64,000 nt of DNA from Candidatus Collierbacteria bacterium RIFCSPLOWO2_01_FULL_50_23 (GCA_001774555.1 MFAI01000036.1:1488-65487), one strand, 5' to 3'. Positions 18,756-28,116 are shown, numbered from the stretch's first letter. Numbers and translations are program-made. The notes: a model not told the origin generated them from the letters alone.

Positions 18756-18785
18756 CTTGCTATTTTACCCCACAAAAGAACCCGT

Positions 18786-19499
18786 CTACCGTCTTTCTTT
18801 TCTTGCCCAATAGGCATTAACTTCGGCAAGCGTTTCAAAAGATCCCGCGTCGGACCAATATCCCTCAAGCATCGACCACCGAAGTTGACCTTCTTCCAAA
18901 TATTGATTATTCAAATCCGTAATTTCGAGTTCGCCCCTTGGCGAAGGTTTAATTTTGTCTATTTTGTCAAAAACCGTGGGGTCATAAATATAGACACCGG
19001 TAACGGCCAGATTACTCTCCGGCACTTGTGGCTTCTCGACTATCCTCTTTACTATTCCACCTTCAATGGTGGCCACCCCAAATCTCTCCGGATCGTCAAT
19101 TTCCTTTAAGAAAATCATTGCCCCTCCCCTGAATTCTCGTACCGCCTCACTAATATCAGCGTTAGTACAATTGTCACCCAAAATTACCGTAACATTGTCA
19201 TTATCAGCAAAACTCCTAGCCAGTCTAAGTGCGTCAGCAATACCCCCTTCACCTTCTTGATATGCATACTCAAGATGTTTTAGACCAAAAGCCTCTCCGT
19301 TTTTGAGTACTCTAATGAAATCTCCGGCAAAAGGACCGCCCACTATCAACATAATCTCGTCGATCCCGGCCCTGACCAAAGTCTCGATCGGACGGTAGAT
19401 CATCGGCTTGTCGTAAACAGGCAATAAATGTTTATTGGTTACATACGTCAGCGGCCTCAACCTGGTTCCAAGTCCGCCTGCGGTTATTACTCCCTTCAT
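18786..19499 (-). CDS. Sugar-phosphate nucleotidyltransferase (glucose-1-phosphate thymidylyl/uridylyltransferase, RmlA-like)
   Basis: Start at MKGVITAGGLGTRLRPLT (G-x-G-T-R-x-x-P-x-T nucleotide-binding loop) and a later EKP motif. The track ORF extends further 5' but overlaps the neighbouring gene. Confidence 0.7.
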   Translation of the reverse strand: MKGVITAGGLGTRLRPLTYVTNKHLLPVYDKPMIYRPIETLVRAGIDEIMLIVGGPFAGDFIRVLKNGEAFGLKHLEYAYQEGEGGIADALRLARSFADNDNVTVILGDNCTNADISEAVREFRGGAMIFLKEIDDPERFGVATIEGGIVKRIVEKPQVPESNLAVTGVYIYDPTVFDKIDKIKPSPRGELEITDLNNQYLEEGQLRWSMLEGYWSDAGSFETLAEVNAYWARKERR

Positions 19500-19573
19500 G
19501 GGCAAAATTCTAACACAAGCAGCAATAAAAAACCCGTCCTTTTGGGGGACGGGTTCATTTCGATGACCGAGGG

Positions 19574-20383
19574 TCAGGCCTGGGGATGCCCCTGAGGGCA
19601 CATCGCCGCGCCCCTCTCGATCGGCAAGCTGCAGTACTGGCAGTGAGTCGCGACAAACTCCTTCTGCGCCTCGTCTCTGGCATCTTTTGCCAGATCGGCT
19701 TTCAGGTCGGCAAGCGCATTTTCAACCTGCACGCCATAGGTTTCGACCGTGTCCACCACGGCATTCATCTCAGCGAGTTCCCCAGCCGTCTCAATGGCTG
19801 TGGAGATAACCTTCTTGCCGAGGTTCAGCAGGTTTTCCAGGCCGAAGCCACCGGGGTTGGTCATCCGGCGCAGGGTTTCATCGGCCACATCGGCCGCGGT
19901 GCCTTTTGCCTTGTCCGTGTTCGGCCGGCTGATCACCACGCTGGTGTCCTCGGCTTCAACACTGAGGCGAACTTCGCAAAGGCGCGAGCCGTCGGCAAGC
20001 GAGGTCAGGACGATCGAGTCGCCGGATCGCGTCACACGGAATTTGTCTCCGAGACGCGTCTGGAGACGCCCAGCGAGTTCGTTCAGGGACAGCGGCGCCT
20101 CATAACGCATTTGCTTCCCCTTGAGAAGCTCCATGACGCGGGTAACGACCATCGCCGTCCCCACTCCACCGGGCCCGAGCGCTGCCAGGCCGGCATCAAG
20201 GGCGTCATTCTGCGCCGGCCGCGACGCCACGATGCGCATTCCAGCAATCTCTGCCTTCAGCAACGCTTCGTCTGCCATCGAGAGATTCATCGCGTTGATG
20301 GTAGTCTTCGCATCCGCCTCAGACAATGCCGCCAGAAGTTCTTTCTCCGATTTTGCGACTTCGGAAAGTCTCAACTTGGCCAT
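19574..20383 (-). CDS. Hypothetical Ala-rich protein with C-terminal zinc-ribbon-like CxxC...CPxG
   Basis: 269 aa in a high-GC (~58-60%) block. C-terminus CQYCSLPIERGAAMCPQGH. No other motif recognised. Confidence 0.35.
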   Translation of the reverse strand: MAKLRLSEVAKSEKELLAALSEADAKTTINAMNLSMADEALLKAEIAGMRIVASRPAQNDALDAGLAALGPGGVGTAMVVTRVMELLKGKQMRYEAPLSLNELAGRLQTRLGDKFRVTRSGDSIVLTSLADGSRLCEVRLSVEAEDTSVVISRPNTDKAKGTAADVADETLRRMTNPGGFGLENLLNLGKKVISTAIETAGELAEMNAVVDTVETYGVQVENALADLKADLAKDARDEAQKEFVATHCQYCSLPIERGAAMCPQGHPQA

Positions 20384-20568
20384 ATTTACCTCCTATGGGT
20401 TTTGGCCGAACTATTATGTGCAATTTCGTATGTTCAATACGACTGAGGATATTTTAGATTATCTTGCCAGGAAATTCAACCTATAGCATATGGTGGGTGA
20501 ACGAAGGTGTGGGGGCGAGCGAGTTGACGAAAAGAGTCAAAAACCTAAAGAGTATATAATTTCAAAAA

Positions 20569-22420
20569 GTGAGATTTGAAAGAACCGCAGAACGAATGTG
20601 GGTGCGCGTCGAACAGGCCGCCACCAAAACTACCGTCAAAGTCAACCAACAAGTAATCGGCGAACACCTCGGTGCCTGGACTCCTTTTGAATTCGAAATT
20701 ACCAAGGCCCTCGGGAACGAGAACGAGCTTGAAGTCATCTGTGAAGATGTCAGTCACGTCACCGGTGGCTTTTTGCCGGCAGTCGGCATCCACTGGACCG
20801 GCGCCCGCCGGGTTGTGGTAAAGGATTGTCCCACCATTCTCCGCCCATCCGTCGCATCCCGAGCCTCCGTCGAAGGCACCAAACTCTTGGTTGACGGCGA
20901 ACCTTTCCGAACCCGCGGTATTCTCCACTGGGGTCTGTATCCGGAGCATGGGGGCAAACCCTGGCCGACCGAGGAACAAATGCGTCAGGAGATCAGAGAC
21001 GTCAAGGCGCTGGGGTTTAATCTGATCAAATTCTGTCTTTGGGTCCCCCCCGGAGCGTTATTACCAGCTCTGCGACGAAATGGGAATGTTTGTCTGGCAG
21101 GAATACCCCGTCTGGGACAAACCAATTCACGACAGAAGTCTGATCAAAGAATTCGAGGAACTTTTCCGCCACGACGGACCCTACGACTCGGTCATTCTGC
21201 GAACATTAACCTGTGAAAACACTCAAACCGACCCCGCACTCATCCAGGAAATAATGGACCTCGGCCACCGTCTCATTCCGGGCGCACTGATTCTGGACAA
21301 CAGCAGTTGGGTCGGCGACGAGCGTGCCGGCGACTTTCACGATGAGCATCCCTATCTTCACAATGCCCAATGGATTTATTACCCCAAAAGGATGAAGGAC
21401 CTTAATCTCCAAAAACCACTCCTTCTGGGAGAAACCATGGCCGTTGATACCCCGCCGGGCGGGCCGCACACTCAAGGCATAGAGGTGCGCCGCTTCCAGA
21501 TCGAAACCCTGGCACAAGCCCTACCTGACACCGGCTACGTCCTAAACTCAATTCGCGACCTTGACAGCGTTCCTCTGGGGCTCTTTACCTACAGCGGAGA
21601 GCCAAAGTATAGTCCCGAGGACTGGGCGTGGCACACTGACCATCTGGGGGCGCCCACCCGCCGCATTCCCGAAGCCGATCCGAGTCTTGGCCATATTATT
21701 GGTCCAAGGAAGGGTGAATGGAAATGCCCTGAACACACCTGGTGGAGTCCGTGGATAAAAATCTACGATCAGGACTTGCCGGAAGATCTGATTCAGCGGG
21801 AGTGTGTCTTTGAACTGCTATCCGGACGGGTGCTTAGTCAGACCGAAGGCACCCGCGTGCTTGTGGAAATGTGGGACCTCCACCCGGGTGAAGTAATAAA
21901 ACACCCCCTGGTGGTCGAGTTCACCACCCAGGGCGAACGTCGGGTCGTTTCCGCCTTCCGTCACGATACTCCTGCCGGACAGCTATTGTGGCAAGTCCTA
22001 CAGGCACGCACCGGTCCGGCTCCGGAAATCGGCCCTCTTATTGGCGACGCCATTGTTCTGGGCGACTGGGAAATGAGTACCGACGGAGAAAACTGGACTC
22101 CTACCGTCTGCGATACACCCCTGGTCAATCACGGCGCGAACGTCTACGAAGGCTGGGCCACCTTCCGCACCGGCTTTGACTATCCGGGCGGCGAGATGAC
22201 CCTTCGTGCCGAGGCAGTGGGGGACCAATACCGCATTGAAATCGACGGTCAGCCGGTGGGGACGGGCGGCAAGGGCATCCGCGACATTCCCAAAAACTTT
22301 CCGGTCAATCTCAGTCAAGGTAGACACAATATTGTCTTCGAAGTCAGAGATTGGAGAGCGGCCGGCGGCATGGTCGGCCCGGTTTACTTCACGAAAAATC
22401 TAGGCCTGCGCATCTTCTAG
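20569..22420 (+). pseudogene. Glycoside hydrolase family 2-like (beta-galactosidase/mannosidase-type) gene remnant, 5'-truncated and frameshifted at a poly-C tract
   Basis: Two track ORFs (20569..21216 and 21080..22420) in different frames join across the C-run at ~21046-21054. Frame 1 ends ...NLIKFCLWVPP and frame 2 continues YQLCDEMGMFVWQEYP, matching the GH2 TIM-barrel entry motif (N-x-V-R-x-S-H-Y-P ... L-C-D-x-x-G-x-x-V-W-x-E). The N-terminus starts mid sugar-binding domain (TPFEFEIT). Confidence 0.5.
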
Positions 22421-22473
22421 CCATATCTTCGCAAAAATCGTACGGCCCATAACATTGACATAATAATTTTTCC

Positions 22474-22508
22474 GTGTTAAGATATTCCCGTTCTTTGACA
22501 ACTCTTGT
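22474..22508 (+). promoter_or_regulatory. Candidate sigma70-type promoter (TTGACA-17nt-TAAGAT) upstream of ORF 22632..23312
   Basis: cattgacataataatttttccgtgttaagatattc has a consensus -35 and a near-consensus -10 with 17 nt spacing, leaving a ~120 nt leader. Confidence 0.35.
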
Positions 22509-22631
22509 AGGGAGTTAAGTGGACACAAGCCAAAGCTGACCAATGGGTCGGCGCTTTCTTGTGTTTGCTTCGTCTCCCTGCAGCTACTTTTCCGGGAGAA
22601 ACTTTTTTGATGCCCCTAAGGAGGCTCGTCT

Positions 22632-23312
22632 ATGTCACAAACATTCGCAGTTTACGGCTCCACCATGAGAGTGGAGATCCTGGTCGGGGAAATGCCCCAG
22701 CCGATCTACCGGCGCAAAGATGACGACATGCCGTTCGTCGAGGCCCTGTTGGGCCGCCCGTACGTCATCCGCGTCACCCCCACGTTCGTGAACGGCCGGC
22801 TGGAGGTCATCTCCAGCGTTGACGGCCGCAACACCCTCAAGAACGAGGTCGCCAACCCGATCGAAAACCATGGCATGGTCATCTCCAGCCCCTGGGAAAT
22901 CACCGGCTTCCGCCTCAACCAGGTAGAGACGGCTCAGTTCGTTTTCGGCGGCACGGCAGGATCGGTGGTCGAGCAGGCTACCGGCAGCACGGTGAACGCC
23001 GGCGTCATTGGCCTGGCGAGCTACCGCGAATTCCAGCAGTTCAACCAGCGCGAAGGCCCAATAAACTATGGCCTCACGCGCTCCAAAGGCGGCGAAGGTG
23101 CCGACGCCGGCACCCATGCGGGCGAGGCGCGCTTCGACCCCGTCGGCACGACCACATTCCGGCGCGCGACCCTCAGGCCTGTGGAAATGCTCGAAATCCA
23201 ATACCGCACTCGGGATTGGCTCGTCCGGAACGGCATCATCGCGTCCGACGATCCCAGCCCCTGGCCGGGCTTCCGCTCAAACAACACAGGGTACGACATC
23301 CTCCGCAAGTAG
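22632..23312 (+). CDS. Hypothetical protein (high GC)
   Basis: 226 aa with a good ATG plus GGAGG RBS (ctaaggaggctcgtctatg). No recognised motif. Followed by a strong terminator. Confidence 0.4.
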   Translation: MSQTFAVYGSTMRVEILVGEMPQPIYRRKDDDMPFVEALLGRPYVIRVTPTFVNGRLEVISSVDGRNTLKNEVANPIENHGMVISSPWEITGFRLNQVETAQFVFGGTAGSVVEQATGSTVNAGVIGLASYREFQQFNQREGPINYGLTRSKGGEGADAGTHAGEARFDPVGTTTFRRATLRPVEMLEIQYRTRDWLVRNGIIASDDPSPWPGFRSNNTGYDILRK

Positions 23313-23339
23313 TAGTAGCCTCGCCCTTCCGGGCAGGAG

Positions 23340-23376
23340 ACGAAAGGACAAGCCATCGGCTTGTCCTTTTTTTTTG
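23340..23376. terminator. Bidirectional rho-independent terminator (aaaggacaagcc-atcg-gcttgtccttttttttt)
   Basis: Perfect 12 bp stem and a 9-T tract, between convergent genes 22632..23312 (+) and 23385..24086 (-). Confidence 0.7.
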
Positions 23377-23384
23377 GGAAAAAG

Positions 23385-24086
23385 CTAATTTTTCGGAGTT
23401 TCCCCATAAATCCGCACTTCCGTGCCTGGATTGTTGGCCTCTGCCCGAGTGCCATTCTTCTCACCCACGGTCGGCTGACTCCAGTAGAAGAGCACTTCGG
23501 CATCCTCAGTGCGCATGTTGACACAGCCATGGCTCATGGGGCGGCCAAAGTTGTTGTGCCAGTAGGTTCCGTGGAGACTGAAGCCCCTAGAGGCTGATAT
23601 CTTCGAGTTGCCAAAGAACATGACGTAGGGAACGTTCGGCAGGTAGTAATAGGTACCAAGCGTAGGGTTACCGCCGGACATCTTGGTATAACGGAACTTC
23701 CCCCAAATGGTGAACGTGCCCGTAGGCGTGGGGTACCACTTTCCCGTAGAGACCAAGAACTCATAAATCTTCTGATTACCCTCAAAAGCATAGACTTTCT
23801 GGTTGGTCAGATCGACCTCGATCCGCTTCGGACCGGAATTCTCGCCGAGGACCCGGGCCAGCCTCCCGGGATAGACCTCAGTCGAATCGGCAAAATGGCC
23901 GTGGAACGTAGCCCGGGTGTCTCCCGAATCGTACTCACCGGTCAGACTATCAGGCACGATTGGGTTCTGCTCTGCCAGGTAGCGAGAAACTAACCGAAAG
24001 CCACCAAAAGCACCCACCAAAACCAGCAAAGACAGCCCCAAAGCCAGTTCTCCGAGACGGTGATACAGAAGCTTCATAGAGCCCAT
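23385..24086 (-). CDS. L,D-transpeptidase (YkuD domain) with N-terminal membrane anchor
   Basis: Catalytic motif HGTYWHNNFGRPMSHGCVNM (His ... Ser-His-Gly-Cys). N-terminal TM LALGLSLLVLVGAF. Confidence 0.8.
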   Translation of the reverse strand: MGSMKLLYHRLGELALGLSLLVLVGAFGGFRLVSRYLAEQNPIVPDSLTGEYDSGDTRATFHGHFADSTEVYPGRLARVLGENSGPKRIEVDLTNQKVYAFEGNQKIYEFLVSTGKWYPTPTGTFTIWGKFRYTKMSGGNPTLGTYYYLPNVPYVMFFGNSKISASRGFSLHGTYWHNNFGRPMSHGCVNMRTEDAEVLFYWSQPTVGEKNGTRAEANNPGTEVRIYGETPKN

Positions 24087-24231
24087 TATGAGGTAAAAAA
24101 ACGATTAATGTCAACCGATTTTGTCAAAGAAGATATTAGGTGGATGTATCAGACTTTCCGGTATAGCCCAAACTTGCTTTATGGCCTATATTATGCTATA
24201 ATACACCCCTATAGGTTGAATAAACCAAACT

Positions 24232-24891
24232 ATGATAGGAGATTTTGCCACCACCATCGCTACCGTCGTGATCATGGCCATGTCCAGCCCCTCAGCCATG
24301 CTTAAGCCCGAAACCTTCACCGATAAGGTTATCGGTGAAAAACAGTTCTCGCTTGAGAACCGATACGCCGTCAAAAGCGTCAACGAGGTCATGAAGAAAA
24401 ATATTCTTCTAAACCTTGCTTACCTTAACGGTACTGTCACCAAAAGATCAGAAATTGACTGGACCAAGGTTACCTCTACTTTCCACTTTGAGAAGACCCT
24501 CAAGGCCGGAGAGACCTTCGCCTACCACGAAATCGTTCGTCCTGAGTATAAGGGAAGTCTTGCCTTTACCACTAAGGCTCGCTTTAATGCCTCTGACGGC
24601 TTCCTTTCCGACGGCTACCTTTATGGAGATGGCGTCTGCCACCTTGCCTCCTTGATCAACTGGGCGGCCCTCGATGCCGGTCTTACGACCGTTGTGCCCA
24701 AGGACCACAGAAGTGTCGCTCATATCCCCGACGTCCCTGATGACTTTGGTGTCTCTATCTACATGAACGCCAGTACGGGTACCGGCGCCAACAACAACCT
24801 CTACATCACCAACACCAGGGACAAACCCATTACCTTCCACTTCGACTATAACGGTACCAATCTAAAGGTTTATGTGACCGAATTAATCTAA
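24232..24891 (+). CDS. VanW-family protein (putative)
   Basis: YGDGVCHLASLINWAALDAGL resembles the conserved GGGVCQVSTTLYNAAL segment of VanW (PF04294). Upstream GETFAYHEIV fits the preceding family block. Confidence 0.45.
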   Translation: MIGDFATTIATVVIMAMSSPSAMLKPETFTDKVIGEKQFSLENRYAVKSVNEVMKKNILLNLAYLNGTVTKRSEIDWTKVTSTFHFEKTLKAGETFAYHEIVRPEYKGSLAFTTKARFNASDGFLSDGYLYGDGVCHLASLINWAALDAGLTTVVPKDHRSVAHIPDVPDDFGVSIYMNASTGTGANNNLYITNTRDKPITFHFDYNGTNLKVYVTELI

Positions 24892-24914
24892 CTCTAGGTT
24901 TGTTATAATACGCT

Positions 24915-25958
24915 ATGGCTGGATACATGAGTCGGCGTGAATTTCTCAAGCATACATGGCGTACTCTCTCAGCTCTTCCTTTCATTGATAAAATGGACCG
25001 GCTTTTTCGGGTCAAACGTTACGACCTCACCACCGGTATCGAGATTGACTCTGATGACGAGCACGTCAGCTTTGCCGAAGCAGCTCAGCTGTGTCGTCAT
25101 CTTGGCGATTCTTTCCGCCGACTCGACCTTGACCACTGGCGGGAAGAATTAACCGTCGAAAGACTGAAAAAATGGACTGAAATCGTTGTCTTGCAAATGA
25201 ACGCAGAGGATTTTATTGACTGGCCAGATATCAATCGAGCCAATGATGAGCCGGATGAATCAAAGTTGTTCTATGTACCCAAAGACGGGAGTGATGCCAA
25301 CCACGTCTTGGGCGTGTCCGACTGCCAGACAACCGCCAAACTCACCGGACTTTTTATTAATCCATATAGCGATCTTTACAACTCTCCCGATTGGCTTGGA
25401 ATCAGAATTCACGAATTAGTTCACAAGTTAGCCCAAGAAACGACAATCTGTAAGGGTACTCCCCCTGACCAGATGGAAGCCAGCGCCAATATCATCATGC
25501 TACTTACTTTGGCCGCCATGGCCAACCGGGGTATGGCTACCGCCTTCAAGTCCTTCGTTTTCGAATTTACCGATGTCTGTCTCGGGGCCACCAGATATCT
25601 AGTATCCAACGAGGAGGAGTTAAGAGAGTATGAAGAAATCAGGACCACCATACGCCCAGGTATTATCTCTCAAACCCGCTATGAAAAATTAAATCGCGAA
25701 TACTCCGGCAACCAATATGAGCGTCTCGAAATTCTGAAAAAGTATTCCTATTTACCTCTGGAAAAAATCATGAGGGCTCATTTGAAAAGTCACGACCTTC
25801 TGAAAGATCTGACACTTCAACCACGGTTTGTTTATCCCAAAGGAAGCAGCTTCAATGTCGCCCCCCATTATGAACCGAGAATAGTCAACCTCCATAACTG
25901 GTCTTGGATCATGTTCCACCTAGAGGAACTAACCGATTCTTTTTTGACCTTCAAATAA
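24915..25958 (+). CDS. Tat-signal secreted protein with HExxH motif (putative metallopeptidase)
   Basis: N-terminus MAGYMSRREFLKHTWRTLSALPF has an S-R-R-x-F-L-K twin-arginine motif. Internal IHELVHKL is an HExxH motif. Confidence 0.4.
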   Translation: MAGYMSRREFLKHTWRTLSALPFIDKMDRLFRVKRYDLTTGIEIDSDDEHVSFAEAAQLCRHLGDSFRRLDLDHWREELTVERLKKWTEIVVLQMNAEDFIDWPDINRANDEPDESKLFYVPKDGSDANHVLGVSDCQTTAKLTGLFINPYSDLYNSPDWLGIRIHELVHKLAQETTICKGTPPDQMEASANIIMLLTLAAMANRGMATAFKSFVFEFTDVCLGATRYLVSNEEELREYEEIRTTIRPGIISQTRYEKLNREYSGNQYERLEILKKYSYLPLEKIMRAHLKSHDLLKDLTLQPRFVYPKGSSFNVAPHYEPRIVNLHNWSWIMFHLEELTDSFLTFK

Positions 25959-26004
25959 TTTACCTCTTGCTTCAGACAAATCCGGGTGTTAGAACAAATA
26001 GATT

Positions 26005-26433
26005 ATGGATAATCAACAAACTCTCAAAACCATCACCAATTTAACCTCGCTCATCAATGGCCACATTGCCGGCCTGGACCGGGAACGCGAAAATCTCGGC
26101 AAACTCTCTGAGATGTTAAACGATATCCTCGCCAACGACCCAGCTTACAAAGAGGCGAGTGACAAGGCCAAAGAAGTCATCAAGGAGAAATCAAAAGCCA
26201 AGGCCAATGTTCTCCAACAGACCCATCCTCACGATATTTCGTTCAAAATCAAGGATAGCCGTATTGAGATCAGACAGCTATCCCTGGAACTGTCCAATTT
26301 TCTGACCGAGTACCAAAAGCTAACCGGCAGCAGCGAGTTCGAAGGCGAGGACGGTGAGATGCGCCAGATCATCACCACCGCCAGAATCGTCGGCAAAACC
26401 GACTTCAACGACAAACCCAAGCACGAAGCTTAG
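26005..26433 (+). CDS. Hypothetical protein
   Basis: 142 aa, charged and coiled-coil-like. No motif recognised. Confidence 0.3.
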   Translation: MDNQQTLKTITNLTSLINGHIAGLDRERENLGKLSEMLNDILANDPAYKEASDKAKEVIKEKSKAKANVLQQTHPHDISFKIKDSRIEIRQLSLELSNFLTEYQKLTGSSEFEGEDGEMRQIITTARIVGKTDFNDKPKHEA

Positions 26434-26488
26434 AAAAGTCAGCTTCAACCTGATAAAATATACCTGTCCGCCTTTGGCGGAGCCACTT

Positions 26489-26562
26489 GGGTCCGTAGCT
26501 CAATGGTAGAGCAATTCCCTCTTAAGGAAGCGGTTGTGGGTTCGAGCCCCACCGGGCCCACC
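26489..26562 (+). tRNA. tRNA-Lys (anticodon CTT)
   Basis: GGGTCCG-TA-GCTC-AATGGTA-GAGC-A-ATTCC-CTCTTAA-GGAAG-CGGTT-GTGGG-TTCGAGC-CCCAC-CGGGCCC-A-CC. Confidence 0.85.
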
Positions 26563-26568
26563 CCTTAC

Positions 26569-26645
26569 GCGCCTGTGGCCTAATGGATAGGGCACCAGTC
26601 TTCGGAACTGGGTTTGTGGGGGTTCGATTCCCTCCAGGCGCACCA
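26569..26645 (+). tRNA. tRNA-Arg (anticodon TCG)
   Basis: Acceptor GCGCCTG/CAGGCGC with discriminator A and encoded CCA. Anticodon stem CCAGT/ACTGG with loop CTTCGGA. T-arm GGGGG-TTCGATT-CCCTC. Confidence 0.78.
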
Positions 26646-26689
26646 GACAGTTAACCTGCTATAATTAAACATTATTAATCAACAAAACT

Positions 26690-27430
26690 ATGCCAAAACG
26701 ACCTGAGGATGACGTAGCGCCAAAAGAGAAAAAAGGAAAGATTAAGACTCCTGTAGTGTCAGTCCATCTTTCGTTTCTAAAGGAGAATGCGTTGCGATAT
26801 AAAAATTTAACTGCCGAAGGCCAGTCTGAGATTGAGAGATACTTTAAGGAAGCTTTCAATAGATTGCCAGAGGAGGAACAGAGGGCTATTTCACTTGAGC
26901 TCCAGGCCTTGGATCTTGAAATGGGTTTAGTTAGTAATCAGAATGAAGGAATTGCAATAGTTCGACAGATAGAGATAGTAAATCGCATTAGAGAAGTTAT
27001 GGAGCGTGGTGGCGTCATTGCCAGCGCAAAAGAGGGTGGCTTGGGTCGTACTCGGGATCGACTTGGGGAAGATGGCGGGAAAGCATTTGCGTACTTGAGT
27101 GAATATGAAACATTTGCTCGAAGTGTTAAGGATAAATCTGAAGATATACGAGAAAATGCAGAATATTTACTCGCACTCGTATCTGGCATTAAACAAGAGC
27201 TAAGCAGATTAGATCTTGTAAACGTCGCCTTATCACGATCACAAGGCGAACTACGAGCAGAACGAAAGGCTCGCTCGCCTCTGGACACAAGCGTTTCGCA
27301 ATTCGGAAGACAATTAGATCATACTATTGAATTAGAAGGCCTCATTGGATTTTCTACTCTTAATAACCTCATAAAAGAATTTCACTCTGCTAAAAGATAT
27401 TTGGAAGATTCTGTTTTACGATCGGACTAA
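26690..27430 (+). CDS. Hypothetical protein (lower GC, directly after the tRNA pair)
   Basis: 246 aa, charged and helical. No motif recognised. Confidence 0.3.
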   Translation: MPKRPEDDVAPKEKKGKIKTPVVSVHLSFLKENALRYKNLTAEGQSEIERYFKEAFNRLPEEEQRAISLELQALDLEMGLVSNQNEGIAIVRQIEIVNRIREVMERGGVIASAKEGGLGRTRDRLGEDGGKAFAYLSEYETFARSVKDKSEDIRENAEYLLALVSGIKQELSRLDLVNVALSRSQGELRAERKARSPLDTSVSQFGRQLDHTIELEGLIGFSTLNNLIKEFHSAKRYLEDSVLRSD

Positions 27431-27503
27431 TTCAAGAATACTGCACCACCCGGTCCCTTGACACTCTTTGGCGGTTATGTCACCATACTGCTAGTAGCCT
27501 GCT

Positions 27504-28103
27504 ATGTTTACAAGCATCATCAAGAAGATCTCTATCTTTGCCTCTTTGTTCCTGATCACGCTGGTCCTCCTTGAATACGTCGACGTCACCAACAGACGAG
27601 TCCCCCAGGTTGCCGGAGCCAGTAGCACCCTCCCGAACATCGCTGTCCCGGATTACACCACCGTCTTCTCCGCTCTGCCAAACAGAAAAATTGACATCGT
27701 CACCTCGGTCAAGACCGCCGACGCTCGGGCTGAAATACTGCGCCAGTATCTAGCCCATTACAATTCAGTCTTGGAACAATACGCCGGCCTGATTGTCGAG
27801 GTGTCTGACCAAAATGATTTCGATTATCGCTGGTTGGTGGCCATCGCCATGCAGGAAAGCACCCTCTGTAAGTTCATCCCCGAAAATTCATACAACTGTT
27901 GGGGGTGGGGGATTTACGGCGACAAAGTCACCCGTTTCGACAGTTACGAGGAAGCCATCAGGAGGATCGCTCCCCAGTTTAAGAGGATCTTCCTTCAAGA
28001 CAAACATTACAAAGATCCGATGCAGGTTATGAGAACCTACACTCCGCCATCGGATGGTTCCTGGGCAGAGGGGGTGCTCCAATTCTTCGACAAGCTCCAA
28101 TAG
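27504..28103 (+). CDS. Hypothetical membrane-anchored or secreted protein, possible lysozyme-like / glucosaminidase-like cell-wall hydrolase
   Basis: N-terminal TM. The segment WLVAIAMQESTLCKFIPENSYNCWGWGIYG weakly resembles glucosaminidase/SLT-type motifs. Confidence 0.25.
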   Translation: MFTSIIKKISIFASLFLITLVLLEYVDVTNRRVPQVAGASSTLPNIAVPDYTTVFSALPNRKIDIVTSVKTADARAEILRQYLAHYNSVLEQYAGLIVEVSDQNDFDYRWLVAIAMQESTLCKFIPENSYNCWGWGIYGDKVTRFDSYEEAIRRIAPQFKRIFLQDKHYKDPMQVMRTYTPPSDGSWAEGVLQFFDKLQ

Positions 28104-28116
28104 ACTGTGCTCTGTA

